DNA from: Gammaproteobacteria bacterium | Lineage (GTDB): Bacteria; Pseudomonadota; Gammaproteobacteria; Eutrophobiales; Eutrophobiaceae | Direction: 5' to 3' | NCBI GenBank assembly: GCA_021773215.1 | Contig: JAJFKM010000074.1 | Coordinates: forward strand, 12,386-76,385 | DNA length: 64,000 bases | Part shown: positions 36,832-49,577 of the stretch, in pieces | Layout: each line of letters begins with the position of its first letter | How positions within the stretch are numbered: the first letter of the stretch is position 1 | The notes under the pieces: model-generated | What the model saw: the letters and a program-made list of their open reading frames with translations, nothing else | Told to the model about the DNA's origin: nothing | Databases searched by the model: none | Position numbers and translations under genes: made by a program

Positions 36832-37963
36832 CTTCAAGTAATTCAAATATGGCATCTGCTGCTTGTAGATCAGCATTTTTTTTAAGTTGACCAGATAATT
36901 CAACAAACTCCAGTTTCATTTGCTCAGTCTGTTCATCAGAACCCAGTAATTTATTCAATTCAGCGGATAATATTTCCGGAGTGCATCTTGATTGCAAACA
37001 TTCCGGAACCAGCATTTTGCCTGCTAGAACATTTGGTAATGAGGCATAAGGGATCTTTGCTAATAACTTAACTATTAAATGCGTTAAAAAAGAGAGTTTA
37101 TAAGCAACAACCATCGGTTTTTTAAATAGCATTGCCTCCAGTGTTGCGGTCCCAGACGCGAGCATAATGAAATCCGCGGCTTCCATTACTTGATGTGTGT
37201 TACCCACACTAATATTGACTTCCAATTCTGGCGCAACTTTATCTTTTATTCCTATAAAATGATTTCGTGTCTTTTCGTCAATCATGCCACTAATAAAATA
37301 TAGATTAGGGTTTGTTTTTTGAGATAAGAGTGCTGCTTTCAGTAGTGGGCCGGAAATTCTTTTTATCTCAGACAGTCGACTGCCGGGCAAAAGAGCGATG
37401 ACTGTTTTTTCTTGCGGTATGTTTAAACCTGATCTGGCTACCGATATGTTTGGTATGCTTGTTATTTTGTCAGCTAAAGGATGACCAACATATCGATTTG
37501 GCACGCCATATTTATTATAGATAGCGGCCTCAAAAGGAAATAGACTTAATACCAGATCCGCAGCCATACGAATTTTTTTTACTCTATATTCACGCCAAGC
37601 CCACACCGAAGGACTGACATAATGAACAGTCTTTATTCCTGCCTTACGTAACTCTTTTTCAAGCCAAAGATTAAAATCAGGCGCATCTATACCAATAAAA
37701 ATATCTGGTGGATATTTAATAAAATGTTTTAGTAAATTTTGTCTTATCTTTTTTAATTCAAAATATCGGCCAGCTACTTCAGTAATGCCCATTACGGACA
37801 ACCTTTCCATAGGATATAAAACTTTCATTCCTGTTGTAACAAGTTTTATTCCGCCGATACCCTCTATAGATAAAGCTTCCGTTTTTTTTCCTAATTCTTT
37901 AATTAAACCTGCACCAAGCATGTCGCCTGATGCTTCACCCGCGACCATTCCAATCCGCACCAT
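36815..37963 (-). CDS. lpxB: Lipid-A-disaccharide synthase
   Basis: 382 aa with N-terminus [18 protein letters not shown], in the conserved lpxA-lpxB-rnhB order. Confidence 0.9.
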   Translation of the reverse strand: MVRIGMVAGEASGDMLGAGLIKELGKKTEALSIEGIGGIKLVTTGMKVLYPMERLSVMGITEVAGRYFELKKIRQNLLKHFIKYPPDIFIGIDAPDFNLWLEKELRKAGIKTVHYVSPSVWAWREYRVKKIRMAADLVLSLFPFEAAIYNKYGVPNRYVGHPLADKITSIPNISVARSGLNIPQEKTVIALLPGSRLSEIKRISGPLLKAALLSQKTNPNLYFISGMIDEKTRNHFIGIKDKVAPELEVNISVGNTHQVMEAADFIMLASGTATLEAMLFKKPMVVAYKLSFLTHLIVKLLAKIPYASLPNVLAGKMLVPECLQSRCTPEILSAELNKLLGSDEQTEQMKLEFVELSGQLKKNADLQAADAIFELLEGDKVV

Positions 37964-37999
37964 TGAACTATCTTAATATGACTGCTAAAGAAAACAGTT

Positions 38000-38773
38000 T
38001 CATCTAACTATTCCACGCTGTGAAGAAGCAATAAATGCACGCATAACTTCTACTTTGTCAGATTCAGAAGACAAATCTGACAGTACTTTTAGAGCATCTT
38101 TCAGGATTAACCCATCTCGATAAATTGCTTTATAGGCCTTGCGTAGGATATTAATAGTGTCGGAATCGAAGCCATGTCTTTTCAAACCTTCTCTATTTAA
38201 CCCGGATGGCTTAGCTGAGTTACCAGACACTAAAACATAAGGAGGGACATCTTTGACAATGACCGATGAAATGGCAGAAAAACTATAACTGCCTACTCGG
38301 CAAAACTGATGTACTCCGGTAAAGCCACCAAGAATAACAAAATCATCAATCGTCACATGACCAGCTAAAGTCACATTATTGGCAAAAACAGTTTCATTGC
38401 CGACAACACAATCATGTGCAACATGCACATATGCCATTATCCAATTATTGTCGCCAATAATCGTTTTACCGCCTCCGTCATCAGTTCCTCGGTTAATTGA
38501 AACGTATTCACGGATGGTATTTCCTGCACCTATTTCCAGTGTTGAGTTTTTTTCTTCTATAAATTTTTTATCTTGCGGGTCTTCACCGATAGAACAAAAA
38601 TGAAAGATCTTGTTGTTTGGTCCAATCTTTGTAGGTCCATTGATAACCACATGAGAACCAATAACAGAACCTGAATCGATAGAAACATTCGCTCCGATTA
38701 TAGAATACGGACCAACACTTACATTTGAGTCTAAAGTGGCATCGGGATGAATAATAGCAGTGGCATCTATCAT
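38000..38773 (-). CDS. lpxA: Acyl-ACP--UDP-GlcNAc O-acyltransferase
   Basis: Hexapeptide-repeat beta-helix, 257 aa, followed by a helical C-terminal domain. Confidence 0.9.
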   Translation of the reverse strand: MIDATAIIHPDATLDSNVSVGPYSIIGANVSIDSGSVIGSHVVINGPTKIGPNNKIFHFCSIGEDPQDKKFIEEKNSTLEIGAGNTIREYVSINRGTDDGGGKTIIGDNNWIMAYVHVAHDCVVGNETVFANNVTLAGHVTIDDFVILGGFTGVHQFCRVGSYSFSAISSVIVKDVPPYVLVSGNSAKPSGLNREGLKRHGFDSDTINILRKAYKAIYRDGLILKDALKVLSDLSSESDKVEVMRAFIASSQRGIVR

Positions 38774-38777
38774 GGAA

Positions 38778-39233
38778 TCATTCCATGACTGTGGTTAGGA
38801 TCTCTGCTGATGTTACTAATTGTGAATCTACATAAGCAGAAGCATGAAACTTCCATATATTCCTTTTTAATGCGAGGAATTTTACGTCTAATATTAACTG
38901 GTCTCCAGGTCCAACGGGTTTTCTGAAACGGACTTTATCTACGCCAACCAAGTAAAATAAGCTATCTTCAGATATATTACCCTCTTCAACCCCCAAAGTA
39001 CCAAGTAAGCCTGCAGCCTGTGCCAACGCTTCAATAATCAACACGCCGGGCATTACTGATTTACTTGGGAAATGTCCTTGGAAAAAAGGTTCATTATACG
39101 ATACATTTTTTAATGCCTTGATATATTGGCCTTTTTCTACTTCAAGCACACGATCAACCAATAAAAATGGATATCGATGTGGCAATAAGGTTTTTATTTT
39201 TTCTATATCAATTATGGATGTAGCATCTTGCAT
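38778..39233 (-). CDS. fabZ: 3-hydroxyacyl-ACP dehydratase
   Basis: [13 protein letters not shown]...FFQGHFP...[12 protein letters not shown] matches FabZ. Confidence 0.95.
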   Translation of the reverse strand: MQDATSIIDIEKIKTLLPHRYPFLLVDRVLEVEKGQYIKALKNVSYNEPFFQGHFPSKSVMPGVLIIEALAQAAGLLGTLGVEEGNISEDSLFYLVGVDKVRFRKPVGPGDQLILDVKFLALKRNIWKFHASAYVDSQLVTSAEILTTVME

Positions 39234-39249
39234 AATAAATTTTCCGTCT

Positions 39250-40254
39250 TTATTCCAACTTGAGCATTATTTTTTTTATTATTTCATCCAGATTCTTGAA
39301 ACGTATGATGTTTCTTTTCCAAACCTTGTTGTTTGTAACAGGAATAGCTGATGAATAAATACCAGATGATTTAATAGAATTTGCTACCCCTGACATCCCA
39401 GTAATTATAACATCATCAGCAATTTCTATATGTCCATTAATGCTACTTGCACCACCAATTTGACATCTTTTCCCTATCTTGGCGCTTCCTGCTAGTGCCA
39501 CACATCCCGCAATTGCTGTATCTTCGCCAACAAATGCGTTATGGCCGATCTGGACTTGATTATCTATCTTAACGCCATTACTAATAATGGTATCGCCTAT
39601 CGCACCTCTATCAATTGTCGAGTTTGCTCCAACTTCTACTTGGTCACCCAGAATAACAGAACCAACTTGTGGGATCTTCACCCATTGTCCATTCTCTTGA
39701 GCGAGACCGAAGCCATCAGCACCAATAACAACGCCTGGATGAAGGATAACATTCTTTCCAATAGAGACATCATGACATACGGTGACGTTCGCAAATAACA
39801 TCGTATTCGCACCTAAATAGACATTATCTGCTATGACACAGCCAGGCCCAATATATGTTCCGGCATTAATTACGACGTTGTCACCAATAACAACATTTGC
39901 GGAAATCGTAGATGTTTTATCAATATTGCATTTTTGTCCTATAACCGCATGCTCATGAATACCGCTAGCCCGCTCTTTTATTGGATATAGGTAGTTCGCA
40001 ATTTTTGCATATATCAAATATGGGGCATTACCTACCAGAGCATTTGTTGGACAGTTTTTTAAATCGTCCTCACATAATATAACTGCTGAGGCCTTTGTCT
40101 GTAACAGCAGGTTTGCATAATGTCTATTTGATAAAAATGTAATTTCACCTGTTTTAGCCAATCCCAATGTATTGACGGTAGATATCACACACTCAGGATC
40201 ACCAATTAACCTAGCACCGCTTACTTTTGACAATTCTGCAAGAGTGGCTGACAT
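39250..40254 (-). CDS. lpxD: UDP-3-O-acylglucosamine N-acyltransferase
   Basis: 334 aa with hexapeptide repeats, positioned between skp and fabZ. Confidence 0.9.
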   Translation of the reverse strand: MSATLAELSKVSGARLIGDPECVISTVNTLGLAKTGEITFLSNRHYANLLLQTKASAVILCEDDLKNCPTNALVGNAPYLIYAKIANYLYPIKERASGIHEHAVIGQKCNIDKTSTISANVVIGDNVVINAGTYIGPGCVIADNVYLGANTMLFANVTVCHDVSIGKNVILHPGVVIGADGFGLAQENGQWVKIPQVGSVILGDQVEVGANSTIDRGAIGDTIISNGVKIDNQVQIGHNAFVGEDTAIAGCVALAGSAKIGKRCQIGGASSINGHIEIADDVIITGMSGVANSIKSSGIYSSAIPVTNNKVWKRNIIRFKNLDEIIKKIMLKLE

Positions 40255-40277
40255 ACAACATTACCCACTAAATAGTC

Positions 40278-40808
40278 TTATTCAGAGACAGCGTTACCTT
40301 CCTTTTTAAGGAAATCAATTACTAATCCGCTTATATCAACTTTCGAGCTGGCGAATATTACACCTTCACCTAAAATAACATCATAGTTATTCTCTTTTGC
40401 TATCTTTTGTATCGCAACGACAACCCGTTTTTGAATTTTACCAAATTCTTCATTACGTCGAAAATTCAGGTCTTCTCTAAACTCATCCTGATTTCGTTTG
40501 AGGTCACGTTGTTGTGCTACGAGATCTCTTTCTAGTTTTGAACGCTCTTGCTCACTCATAATTGCTCGATCTTTATTAAACTTATCTTCAAGCGCCTTAA
40601 TCTTTTTTTGTGCTGCCAATAGACCTTTATCTCGTGGAGAAAATTCTTTTTCCAGCATTTTAATCGCTGCTTCTGCTTGAGGTGACTCTTGCAAAATTCG
40701 ATTTGCATTGACAGCACCTATTTTATAATTCTCTTCTGCATATGCGAGAGTTGTTGTAAATGCCAAAATAGCTGTTACTAAAATAATTGATTTAAACAAG
40801 GTATTCAT
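40278..40808 (-). CDS. skp: Periplasmic chaperone Skp (OmpH)
   Basis: 176 aa with a signal peptide and a basic coiled coil, lying downstream of bamA. Confidence 0.85.
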   Translation of the reverse strand: MNTLFKSIILVTAILAFTTTLAYAEENYKIGAVNANRILQESPQAEAAIKMLEKEFSPRDKGLLAAQKKIKALEDKFNKDRAIMSEQERSKLERDLVAQQRDLKRNQDEFREDLNFRRNEEFGKIQKRVVVAIQKIAKENNYDVILGEGVIFASSKVDISGLVIDFLKKEGNAVSE

Positions 40809-40829
40809 TAACTTTAAACTCCAAAATAA

Positions 40830-43133
40830 CTAAAATGATGTCCCAAAATTGAATTGGAAATTCTGTATTTCATCTGTACTTTTGTCTCCAAAAGGCATTG
40901 CGATGCTAGCACTGACAGCGCCAAATGGTGATATCCATATACCACTCAGCCCTGCAGAATAGCGCATGTCATCAAACGACACATCCTCATTGGCGCCGAA
41001 TACATTGCCTGCATCAACAAATGTAGTCAGCCTGATAGATTTTTTAAAACTCGTGAGAAAAGGCACTGGCAAAATCACTTCGGCGTTAGCAAGAATTCTG
41101 GTATCACCACCTATCGCTCTATTCGTAGAATCTCTTGGGCCTAATGTATTTTCTTCATAGCCTCTAAGTGTACGAGGACCACCAGCATAGAAATTTTCAA
41201 AAAAGGGTAATTCTGTCGTATCGCCATAACTATCACCGTAACCGAACTTACCACCCAAGACCAAGACAAAGTCTTGATTGTATATATCCTTGAACCACTT
41301 GGCCTCATAATTAATTTTATAATATTCAAGAGAGTTACCCGGGCCAGGCAGTGCAATTGATGCACTTATCCGCTGAAAAGCGCCTTTATCAGGTAATATG
41401 GCCTTATTTCTTGTATCATATGCATAATTGACACCAAATTTCAAAATATCGTATTTATTACCATTTTTATTTATAAAATCAGTAATCTGAAATGAAGATG
41501 CTACTTCAGTAGTAATCTCTGTATTGGTATACCCAAACGAAGTGCCTATCGTATTATACTCAGTAACGGGAAGAGATAACCCAAAGTTCACACCATATTC
41601 TTTCGTTTCAAAAACCGCCAGATTTGCATCTTCCGCATTGGTCTCACGATAAAAAACATCATATGCAGCACCGATGCCATCATCTGTAAAATAGGGAGTT
41701 GAATAGCCTAAATTATAGCGTGTATTAACATTACTATTATTAAATCCAAATTGAATGCGATTACCAGTACCAAAAATATTATTTTGAGATATATTAGTAT
41801 TAAATATAAGCCCTTGAGTCTGGGAAAAACCAATGCCTGCACCTAATTGTCCCCCGGAACGTTCCTCAACAGTATAATTAATATCTACCTGATCGGTTGT
41901 TCCTGCGACTGCAGGTGTTTCAACATTAACATCTTCAAAAAAACCCGTTCTCTGCAATCGCTGCTTACCTCTTTCGACCTGTGTAGTCGATATCCAGGCT
42001 CCTTCCAGTTGACGCATTTCGCGCCTTAAAACAACGTCTTTTGTTTTTGCATTTCCGGTAAAGCTAATACGCCGGACATAGACACGTTTACCTGGGTCGA
42101 CAAAAAATGTTATCGACACTGTCTTTTCTTCTTTATTAATATCTGGTATCGAATTGACATTGGCAAAAGAATAACCTTCTTGCCCAAGTCTCTCAGTCAA
42201 GGCCTTACTACTATTTGTTATTTTTCTACGTGAAAAAAGTGTGCCCGACTCAATAGAAATTAATTCGAAGAGGCTTTCTTCCGGGAGTATATAATCACCG
42301 GCAAGTTTTACTTCCGTCACAGAATACTGCTCACCTTCTGTGACATTAATCGTAATATATATATCCTTTTTATCAGGTGTTATTGATACTTGTGTCGATT
42401 CGACATTAAAATTCAAATAACCACCGTCCAAATAATATGAACGCAATGCCTCTAGGTCACCAGATAACTTTTGCTTCGAATATTGATCATTATTTGTATA
42501 AAACGATAACAAACCTGGGGTGCTTAATTTAAATTCTTTCAACAATCTCTTTTCAGAATAAACCTTGTTTCCAACAATATTTATTTTCTTAATCTTGGCA
42601 GCAAGCCCCTCAGAGACCTCGATTAATATCCCAACACGATTATTATCAAGTTCAGTTATCGTAGAATTAACTTTGACTGCATATTTTCCATTTGAATAAT
42701 ATTGGCGCTGCAATTCCTGCTTAACCTGATCTAATGTGGATTGGACAAATACTCTTCCTTCCGCAAATCCAAATTGTTTGAGGTTTTCCAATAACTCATC
42801 TGTTTCAATATCTTCATTTCCAGACATAGTGATGGAGCCGATAGAGGGGCGTTCTTTGAAAATAAGAATCAGATTATTTCCATCTCTTTCGAGCTTGACG
42901 TCCTCAAAAAATCCAGTTTTAAATAATGCCTTGACTGCTTCAGTCGATCGCGAATCATCAAAAGTGTCGCCAACCTTCATTGGCAAATAATTAAACACCG
43001 TTCCTGGGGTAATTCGTTCCAAACCTTCAACACGAATATCCTGAATCACAAACTCTTGCGCTGCCTGTGGTTGCGCGAGTAGTAATAATGATATTGTTAA
43101 AATATAAAGTAATTTATTAACTATGAATCGCAT
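40830..43133 (-). CDS. bamA: Outer membrane protein assembly factor BamA
   Basis: 767 aa with a POTRA-repeat N-terminus (FVIQDIRVEGLERI...) and a C-terminal beta-barrel ending in F. Confidence 0.95.
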   Translation of the reverse strand: MRFIVNKLLYILTISLLLLAQPQAAQEFVIQDIRVEGLERITPGTVFNYLPMKVGDTFDDSRSTEAVKALFKTGFFEDVKLERDGNNLILIFKERPSIGSITMSGNEDIETDELLENLKQFGFAEGRVFVQSTLDQVKQELQRQYYSNGKYAVKVNSTITELDNNRVGILIEVSEGLAAKIKKINIVGNKVYSEKRLLKEFKLSTPGLLSFYTNNDQYSKQKLSGDLEALRSYYLDGGYLNFNVESTQVSITPDKKDIYITINVTEGEQYSVTEVKLAGDYILPEESLFELISIESGTLFSRRKITNSSKALTERLGQEGYSFANVNSIPDINKEEKTVSITFFVDPGKRVYVRRISFTGNAKTKDVVLRREMRQLEGAWISTTQVERGKQRLQRTGFFEDVNVETPAVAGTTDQVDINYTVEERSGGQLGAGIGFSQTQGLIFNTNISQNNIFGTGNRIQFGFNNSNVNTRYNLGYSTPYFTDDGIGAAYDVFYRETNAEDANLAVFETKEYGVNFGLSLPVTEYNTIGTSFGYTNTEITTEVASSFQITDFINKNGNKYDILKFGVNYAYDTRNKAILPDKGAFQRISASIALPGPGNSLEYYKINYEAKWFKDIYNQDFVLVLGGKFGYGDSYGDTTELPFFENFYAGGPRTLRGYEENTLGPRDSTNRAIGGDTRILANAEVILPVPFLTSFKKSIRLTTFVDAGNVFGANEDVSFDDMRYSAGLSGIWISPFGAVSASIAMPFGDKSTDEIQNFQFNFGTSF

Positions 43134-43162
43134 GTGACTGTTATTTATTATTTTTAGTTTAT

Positions 43163-44530
43163 TTATCCCAATAAACGGATAATGTCGTTATAAAAAGCAA
43201 TGCTCATTAAACCTATTAGCAAGACTACCCCTATCTGCTGTCCAAGCATTTGTATCGTCTCAGAAACCGGTTTTCCTATAACCGCCTCTATTAGGTAATA
43301 CATTAAGTGTCCACCATCCAGCAATGGCACCGGCAACAAATTAAGTACACCTAAACTGACGCTCACTATGGCCATAAAACTGAAAAATGCAAGTAGTCCT
43401 ATACCAGCAGATTGTCCTGCATATTGTGCAATACTAATCGGGCCACTCAAGTTCTTCACCGATGCATCACCAGCCAACATTCTACCAAGTACACGAAGAG
43501 TTAGCACTGACATTTCCCAAGTCTTTTTTATTGACTTTAAAAATGCACTCGGCAGCGGGTAAGACTCTATTACAAAATACGAATCAAACAAACCCTCGGC
43601 AACAAATGCAGCAGCACCAATACGCCCTATAATCACTCCCTCAGATTCTATACTGTCTGGAGTCACCTCAATATTAACTGTGCTTCCACTACGCAGCACC
43701 TCGACGCTGAGACTCTTGCCCGGATTTTCACGAATAAACTCAACCCATTGCCCCCATGATTGAGTAGAATCTCCATTGACACTGACTATTTCATCACGCT
43801 GGAGTAAGCCACTTTTTTCAGCTGCACCACCTGGCAGTATTTCTCCTATAACTGCAGGAAGTTTTAATTCAATAACACTCAAGCCTAAGGCTTCAAGCAA
43901 TTTCCCTTCAGCCATCTCATCTATTGATATTTGTGAGAGGTCAATTTCTACATGTTGTTTCAAACCAGCATTGTCTATTACAACTAAATTTATACTCTCG
44001 CGATTAACAGTATGATTGACCAGTTTGTCTATAACTGTAGACCAAGTTAATGTTTGAATGTTGTTGATAGAGATGATTTCCTGCCCAGTCTTCAAACCAG
44101 CATTATCACTAATAGATGCTGGTTTGATTTCTCCGATGATCGGCTTTAAACCATTTACACCAACAACAAATATTATCCAGTAAGCAAACACAGCAAAGAT
44201 AAAATTAAATACAGGCCCTGCCGAAACAATAGCGAATCTCTGCCATAAAGGTTGAGAGTTAAATGACCGCGGCAATTCCTCTTCCTTTACCTCTCCTTCA
44301 CGCTCATCAAGCATCTTCACATAGCCACCCAAAGGCAATGCTGCAATAACAAATTCAGTATTATCTTGACCGAAATGTTTTTTATAAATCGTTCGACCAA
44401 AGCCAATTGAAAACCGCAGGATTTTTACATCAAAACATCTGGCAATCCAATAATGACCAAACTCATGAAATGTTATTAAGACACCGAGGGCAACAATGAA
44501 TGCCGCGATTGATTGCAATACGTCAATCAT
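43163..44530 (-). CDS. rseP: Sigma-E protease RseP (site-2 zinc metalloprotease)
   Basis: HEFGHY zinc motif, two PDZ-like regions and C-terminal [12 protein letters not shown]. Confidence 0.9.
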   Translation of the reverse strand: MIDVLQSIAAFIVALGVLITFHEFGHYWIARCFDVKILRFSIGFGRTIYKKHFGQDNTEFVIAALPLGGYVKMLDEREGEVKEEELPRSFNSQPLWQRFAIVSAGPVFNFIFAVFAYWIIFVVGVNGLKPIIGEIKPASISDNAGLKTGQEIISINNIQTLTWSTVIDKLVNHTVNRESINLVVIDNAGLKQHVEIDLSQISIDEMAEGKLLEALGLSVIELKLPAVIGEILPGGAAEKSGLLQRDEIVSVNGDSTQSWGQWVEFIRENPGKSLSVEVLRSGSTVNIEVTPDSIESEGVIIGRIGAAAFVAEGLFDSYFVIESYPLPSAFLKSIKKTWEMSVLTLRVLGRMLAGDASVKNLSGPISIAQYAGQSAGIGLLAFFSFMAIVSVSLGVLNLLPVPLLDGGHLMYYLIEAVIGKPVSETIQMLGQQIGVVLLIGLMSIAFYNDIIRLLG

Positions 44531-45708
44531 GCAGCCAAGTCACTAATTATCATCAAAGCAAAATCTCTTGCTGCTTGATCATCTTTTAGTATGACATCAA
44601 GAGCAGTTGCTTCGTTATGCGTTACACCTTCCAAAACTCTTTCAATAACACGAGCAATATCCGTGAAACGAAGTCGTTTATTCAAGAATTCATTTACAGC
44701 GATTTCATTAGCCGCATTTAATATTGCGCTAGTGGTTCCGCCTTGTTCCATAGCTTCACGCGCTAGTCTTAAACAAGGAAAACGCTGTTCATCCGGTTTT
44801 ACAAAATCAAGTTGTGCGATATCAAATAAATCAAGTCTTTCTACACCGGCATCAATTCTTTCTGGCCAAGCTAGTCCATATGCAATTGGTGTTCGCATAT
44901 CTGGGTTACCTAACTGTGCTAACACTGAACCGTCACTATATTCGACCAAAGAATGTATAACGCTCTGTGGATGGATAACAACCTGTATAAATTCCGTCTG
45001 CGTATGAAACAACCAGCATGCTTCAATAACTTCCAACCCTTTATTCATCATCGTCGCGGAATCTACTGATATTTTTCTGCCCATCACCCAATTTGGATGT
45101 GCACAGGCTTGCTCGGGAGTCATAGAAGAAAGTTGTTCTAACGGTGTAGTTCGAAATGGCCCGCCTGAAGCAGTAAGTAAAATCTTCTTAACACCCAGCT
45201 TTTCAAATCCATGACTAAAATCAACCGGCATACATTGAAAAATAGCATTGTGTTCACTATCGATGGGTAATAGTTCAGCGTTATTATCCTGAACAGTGTC
45301 CATAAACAATTTGCCAGACATAACCAGAGCTTCTTTATTAGCAAGCAACACTCGTTTTCCGGCTTTTGCAGCTTCAAGTGTGGGCAATAATCCTGCCGCA
45401 CCAACAATCGCAGCCATCACGTAATCAACATCGAGGAGTGTCGCCACCTTCAGCAAACCATTCACTCCGCTCAAGACCGTTACATCTGGTGCCTGATCCT
45501 TTAGATTCTGTTCTAATCGCGTCGCTGAGTCTTCATCAACCATGACAGCAAATATTGGCTTATGTTTTATACACTGCTCGCGTAATACATCGACATTAGT
45601 ATTTGCCGTTAATGCCTTAATCTTATATTTATCAGTATGGCGTGAAATAACATCTAGCGTATTAACGCCGATGCTACCCGTTGAACCTAGAACCGTAATA
45701 CCCTTCAT
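44527..45708 (-). CDS. dxr: 1-deoxy-D-xylulose-5-phosphate reductoisomerase
   Basis: [11 protein letters not shown]..., [16 protein letters not shown]. Confidence 0.95.
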   Translation of the reverse strand: MKGITVLGSTGSIGVNTLDVISRHTDKYKIKALTANTNVDVLREQCIKHKPIFAVMVDEDSATRLEQNLKDQAPDVTVLSGVNGLLKVATLLDVDYVMAAIVGAAGLLPTLEAAKAGKRVLLANKEALVMSGKLFMDTVQDNNAELLPIDSEHNAIFQCMPVDFSHGFEKLGVKKILLTASGGPFRTTPLEQLSSMTPEQACAHPNWVMGRKISVDSATMMNKGLEVIEACWLFHTQTEFIQVVIHPQSVIHSLVEYSDGSVLAQLGNPDMRTPIAYGLAWPERIDAGVERLDLFDIAQLDFVKPDEQRFPCLRLAREAMEQGGTTSAILNAANEIAVNEFLNKRLRFTDIARVIERVLEGVTHNEATALDVILKDDQAARDFALMIISDLAA

Positions 45709-46526
45709 ATTCCAATACCTAAATGTACAACACCAAAGACAAACACTGGAGCCGCAGCAGTTAAACTGTCTATTCTGTCCATAACCCCGCCATGTCCAGG
45801 CAGAATAGAACCGCTATCTTTAATATCTGCTTCACGTTTCACCATGCTTTCCATTAAGTCGCCAATTATTGATATTGAAACAGTCAAAAAAGATAGGCCA
45901 ATTAATGCGATACCATGACTTGTTATTCCATCTGAAACATTAACATATGTTAATGCTATAGCAATGCCCGCAACAACTCCGCCAATACTACCTTCCCATG
46001 TTTTTCCAGGACTAACTCGACTTGCAAGTCGTCGTTTACCCCATTTTTTACCCACAAAATAGGCCGCTGTGTCGGCTCCCCAGATGAGTAACATGAGAAG
46101 CATTATTAATGTGGCACCATTTCCATGGAAAGATTTCAAAACAGTCAAACTCACCCACATAGGAATAAGCAGTAACAGACCCACGACAAGCAATACTTGT
46201 GGCGATTTAGGTAATAAATTGCGCTGTTTTTGATATGAAGACACCAAAACGATCGCAACAAGCCAATAAACCACTCCACTCAATATAAGACTATTATAAA
46301 TGCCGCTATTACTAGCCGAGTACAAACCCACTAATATCAGCACCGTAATCAGACTATATACATATTGATATTTTTTACTTACTTTGCAAAGCCCAGCCCA
46401 CTCCCAAGCGCCTATTGCAACAAACAAAGCAAATAAAGCAGAAAACCATACCGTGTCGAGTAAAAAAATTACCGCTACTACAATGGTTATCAGTATCGCG
46501 GCCGTAATAATTCTTTGCTTGAGCAT
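45705..46526 (-). CDS. cdsA: Phosphatidate cytidylyltransferase
   Basis: A polytopic 273-aa protein with signature SPGKTWEG...[18 protein letters not shown]. Confidence 0.9.
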   Translation of the reverse strand: MLKQRIITAAILITIVVAVIFLLDTVWFSALFALFVAIGAWEWAGLCKVSKKYQYVYSLITVLILVGLYSASNSGIYNSLILSGVVYWLVAIVLVSSYQKQRNLLPKSPQVLLVVGLLLLIPMWVSLTVLKSFHGNGATLIMLLMLLIWGADTAAYFVGKKWGKRRLASRVSPGKTWEGSIGGVVAGIAIALTYVNVSDGITSHGIALIGLSFLTVSISIIGDLMESMVKREADIKDSGSILPGHGGVMDRIDSLTAAAPVFVFGVVHLGIGI

Positions 46527-46532
46527 TATGAC

Positions 46533-47279
46533 TTATGAATTTTGTGTCTGTTCAATTTGTTCAGATGTTTTTCCGAACCGTCTTTGTCGCTGAGAGAACC
46601 AGTCTATTGCAATATCAAGTTGCTTTGCATCAAAATCAGGCCATAGCGTTTCCGTAAAATAAAGTTCCGTGTACGCTGATTGCCACAAAAAATAGTTGCT
46701 AATACGTTGTTCTCCGCCAGTGCGAATGAAGAGGTCTGGATCGTTGTGATCTGCTAATGATAATTTATTACTGACCAACGCTTCATCAACATCCTCAATC
46801 TTAATTTTGTTTGATTCAATTTCTTTTGTAATCACCTGAATGGCCTGAACAATATCCCAACGACCACTATAATTAGCCGCAATATTCAGCCTCAAGCCAG
46901 TATTAGAGGTCGTTAATGTTTCAGAATCATTGATTGAGTTTTGTAATTTTCTGCTAAATGCCGAGCGGTCGCCGATAAACGTCAACTTAACGTTATTTTT
47001 GTGTAAGTCCTTAACTTCCGAGTTTAATGCCGAAATAAATAAATCCATTAATAAATCGACTTCACTTTTAGGTCTTTGCCAATTTTCACGACTAAAGGCA
47101 TAAACTGTAATTGCATTTAGATTGATTTTGACCGAATGCTCAATAAGTTTTCTAAGTGTCTTTACACCAGCGCGATGACCTGCAACACGTGGCAAACCTC
47201 TAGACTTTGCCCACCTACCGTTACCGTCCATGATAATTGCAACATGTTCAGGCTTAGTAACTGTGGACGTAGCATTCAT
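46533..47279 (-). CDS. uppS: Undecaprenyl diphosphate synthase
   Basis: HVAIIMDGNGRWA and ELYF....WPDF. Confidence 0.95.
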   Translation of the reverse strand: MNATSTVTKPEHVAIIMDGNGRWAKSRGLPRVAGHRAGVKTLRKLIEHSVKINLNAITVYAFSRENWQRPKSEVDLLMDLFISALNSEVKDLHKNNVKLTFIGDRSAFSRKLQNSINDSETLTTSNTGLRLNIAANYSGRWDIVQAIQVITKEIESNKIKIEDVDEALVSNKLSLADHNDPDLFIRTGGEQRISNYFLWQSAYTELYFTETLWPDFDAKQLDIAIDWFSQRQRRFGKTSEQIEQTQNS

Positions 47280-47348
47280 TTAATAATGAGCTATAAGACT
47301 AATGAGAAATAATCGTTAGGAGTGATAGTCACTTAAATATTGAAAGGT

Positions 47349-47906
47349 TTAGATTTCAAGCATTTCTGCTTCTTTTTGTTCCAGATTTTTATCAATCGTC
47401 GCAATATGTTCATCCGTTAAATTTTGTATACGGACTTCCGCTTTTCGATCGTCATCTTCTGTGATCATTTTTTCTTTGACCAACTCTTTGCATGAAGAAT
47501 TTGCATCACGTCGAATATTACGAATTGCAACTCGAGCCTGCTCTGCCTCGCCGCGCACGACCTTGATTAAATCCTTGCGTCGTTCTTCAGTTAATGGTGG
47601 CAAAGGAATACGAATTACTTCACCGGCCGTCACTGGATTCAATCCCAGGTTGGCATTCATAATCGCTTTTTCTATATCCGGAATACTGGACTTTTCATAG
47701 GCGTTTACTCCGAGCGTCCTGGCGTCAACAACATTGACACTAGCCACCTGATTTAAGGGTGTGTCTGAGCCGTAATATTTAACTTTTACCTGTTCCAATA
47801 GACTTGGATGCGCGCGACCAGTTCTTATCTTAGACATGTCCACTTTTAGTGAATCGATGCTTTTAAGCATTCTGGTTTTTGCATCATTGATAATATCTTC
47901 AACCAT
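47349..47906 (-). CDS. frr: Ribosome recycling factor
   Basis: 185 aa. ...[11 protein letters not shown]...[13 protein letters not shown]... matches Frr. Confidence 0.95.
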   Translation of the reverse strand: MVEDIINDAKTRMLKSIDSLKVDMSKIRTGRAHPSLLEQVKVKYYGSDTPLNQVASVNVVDARTLGVNAYEKSSIPDIEKAIMNANLGLNPVTAGEVIRIPLPPLTEERRKDLIKVVRGEAEQARVAIRNIRRDANSSCKELVKEKMITEDDDRKAEVRIQNLTDEHIATIDKNLEQKEAEMLEI

Positions 47907-47923
47907 ACTACTCGCTCCTAAAA

Positions 47924-48655
47924 CTAGTTATTACTTACCAGAGTTCCTTCGTCTTCTCCTCTGGCAGCATTCAATAGTGAACCGGGTTTAGTCATATCTA
48001 AAACCCTTAACGGCATTTGATTATCACGGCAAAGAACAACGGCCGTGGTATCCATAACACCGAGTTTTCGTTCAATCACTTCATCATAATTCAGCGAATC
48101 ATAACGAACGGCATCTTTGTCTTTCACTGGATCAGCAGAATACACACCATCCACTTTTGTTGCCTTGATCAATAATTCAGCTCCAATCTCAATCGCACGT
48201 AAGCTGGCAGCAGAATCTGTCGTAAAAAAAGGGTTACCGGTTCCGGCAGCAAGAATAACAACACGCCCTTTTTCAAGATGACGAACTGCACGGCGTCGAA
48301 TATAGTCTTCGCAGACCTGATTGATTTTTAGAGCCGACATGACCCTTGCATGCAGGTGAACGCGTTCAAGGGCGTCTTGCATGGCAAGCGAATTCATTAT
48401 CGTTGCTAACATACCCATATGATCACCTGTAACACGATCTATACCAGCAGCCGCCAATCCAGTCCCCCTGAAGATATTTCCACCACCAATGACAATAGCA
48501 ATCTCTGCGCCTTGTTGACATAGAACAGCGATCTCACCAGCAATTCGCTCAATCACATTAGGGTCAATGCCATAAGCCTCATCCCCCATCAATGCCTCGC
48601 CACTAAGCTTTAGCAAAACCCGTCTATATTTTAATGTGCTGGACGGGGAGGACAT
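47924..48655 (-). CDS. pyrH: UMP kinase
   Basis: [13 protein letters not shown]... and [18 protein letters not shown]. Confidence 0.95.
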   Translation of the reverse strand: MSSPSSTLKYRRVLLKLSGEALMGDEAYGIDPNVIERIAGEIAVLCQQGAEIAIVIGGGNIFRGTGLAAAGIDRVTGDHMGMLATIMNSLAMQDALERVHLHARVMSALKINQVCEDYIRRRAVRHLEKGRVVILAAGTGNPFFTTDSAASLRAIEIGAELLIKATKVDGVYSADPVKDKDAVRYDSLNYDEVIERKLGVMDTTAVVLCRDNQMPLRVLDMTKPGSLLNAARGEDEGTLVSNN

Positions 48656-48658
48656 TTT

Positions 48659-49528
48659 TTAAGCTCCTTTCGCCTGTGACATGACTTCTTCTGCGAAATT
48701 ATCGACTTTCTTCTCAATGCCTTCGCCAACTTCATAACGGCGGAATGATAATACTGAAGCATTCGCAGATTTTAGAAGTTTTTCTACAGTTTGATCTGGA
48801 TCTTTGACATAAGGCTGTCCAAGCAAAGTAATTTCTTTAAGAAATTTCTTGATTCGGCCACTAACCATTTTTTCTATGATTTCGACAGGTTTACCACTTT
48901 CTTCAGCCTGTGCAGAAAATATTTCTTTTTCTTTATCAAGAATATCTTGCGACACTTCATCTTCACTAACACAAACTGGCTTACTAGCAGCAATGTGCAT
49001 TGCCAGATCCTTTGCCAAAGCTTCATCGCCACCTTTAATCTCAACGATCACACCAATACGATTACCGTGCAAATAATTTCCAATTTGACCTTCTGAAGTT
49101 AGTTTTTCAAAACGTCTAACAGTGATTTTTTCACCTATCTTGGCGATTAATTGCTGATTTGCTTCCTCAACTGTCTGATCGCCAGCACTCAATCCCATCA
49201 ATGCTTCAACATCAGCGGGGCCGTGTGTGTCTATAGCTTCAATAACACTATCTGCAAAGTTAAGAAAATTTTCGTCTTTTGCTACGAAATCAGTTTCACA
49301 ATTAATTTCTAGAATGATGGCACTTTTATCACTTTGTTTAACAGCAATAATGCCTTCAGCAGCAATTCTACCTGCTTTCTTAGCCGCATTTGCTGCGCCA
49401 GATTTACGCATTTCTTCAATCGCTACTTCGATATCACCATCGGCTTCATTCAAAGCCTTTTTACAATCCATCATCCCCGCACCAGTACGTTCACGGAGCT
49501 CTTTAACCATTGAGGCAGTAATTTGCAT
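48659..49528 (-). CDS. tsf: Elongation factor Ts
   Basis: [24 protein letters not shown] matches EF-Ts. Confidence 0.95.
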   Translation of the reverse strand: MQITASMVKELRERTGAGMMDCKKALNEADGDIEVAIEEMRKSGAANAAKKAGRIAAEGIIAVKQSDKSAIILEINCETDFVAKDENFLNFADSVIEAIDTHGPADVEALMGLSAGDQTVEEANQQLIAKIGEKITVRRFEKLTSEGQIGNYLHGNRIGVIVEIKGGDEALAKDLAMHIAASKPVCVSEDEVSQDILDKEKEIFSAQAEESGKPVEIIEKMVSGRIKKFLKEITLLGQPYVKDPDQTVEKLLKSANASVLSFRRYEVGEGIEKKVDNFAEEVMSQAKGA

Positions 49529-49577
49529 CAGATATTCCTCTAAAATTTCTTTAAATAATGATCAATAGAATTAATCG

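Noticed and set aside
36832-36906. An extended rnhB N-terminus starting at the ATG at 36906 (224 aa).
   Set aside because: It would overlap lpxB by 92 nt and add about 25 residues before the conserved [11 protein letters not shown] start region. The GTG at 36831 gives a typical ~199-aa RNase HII.
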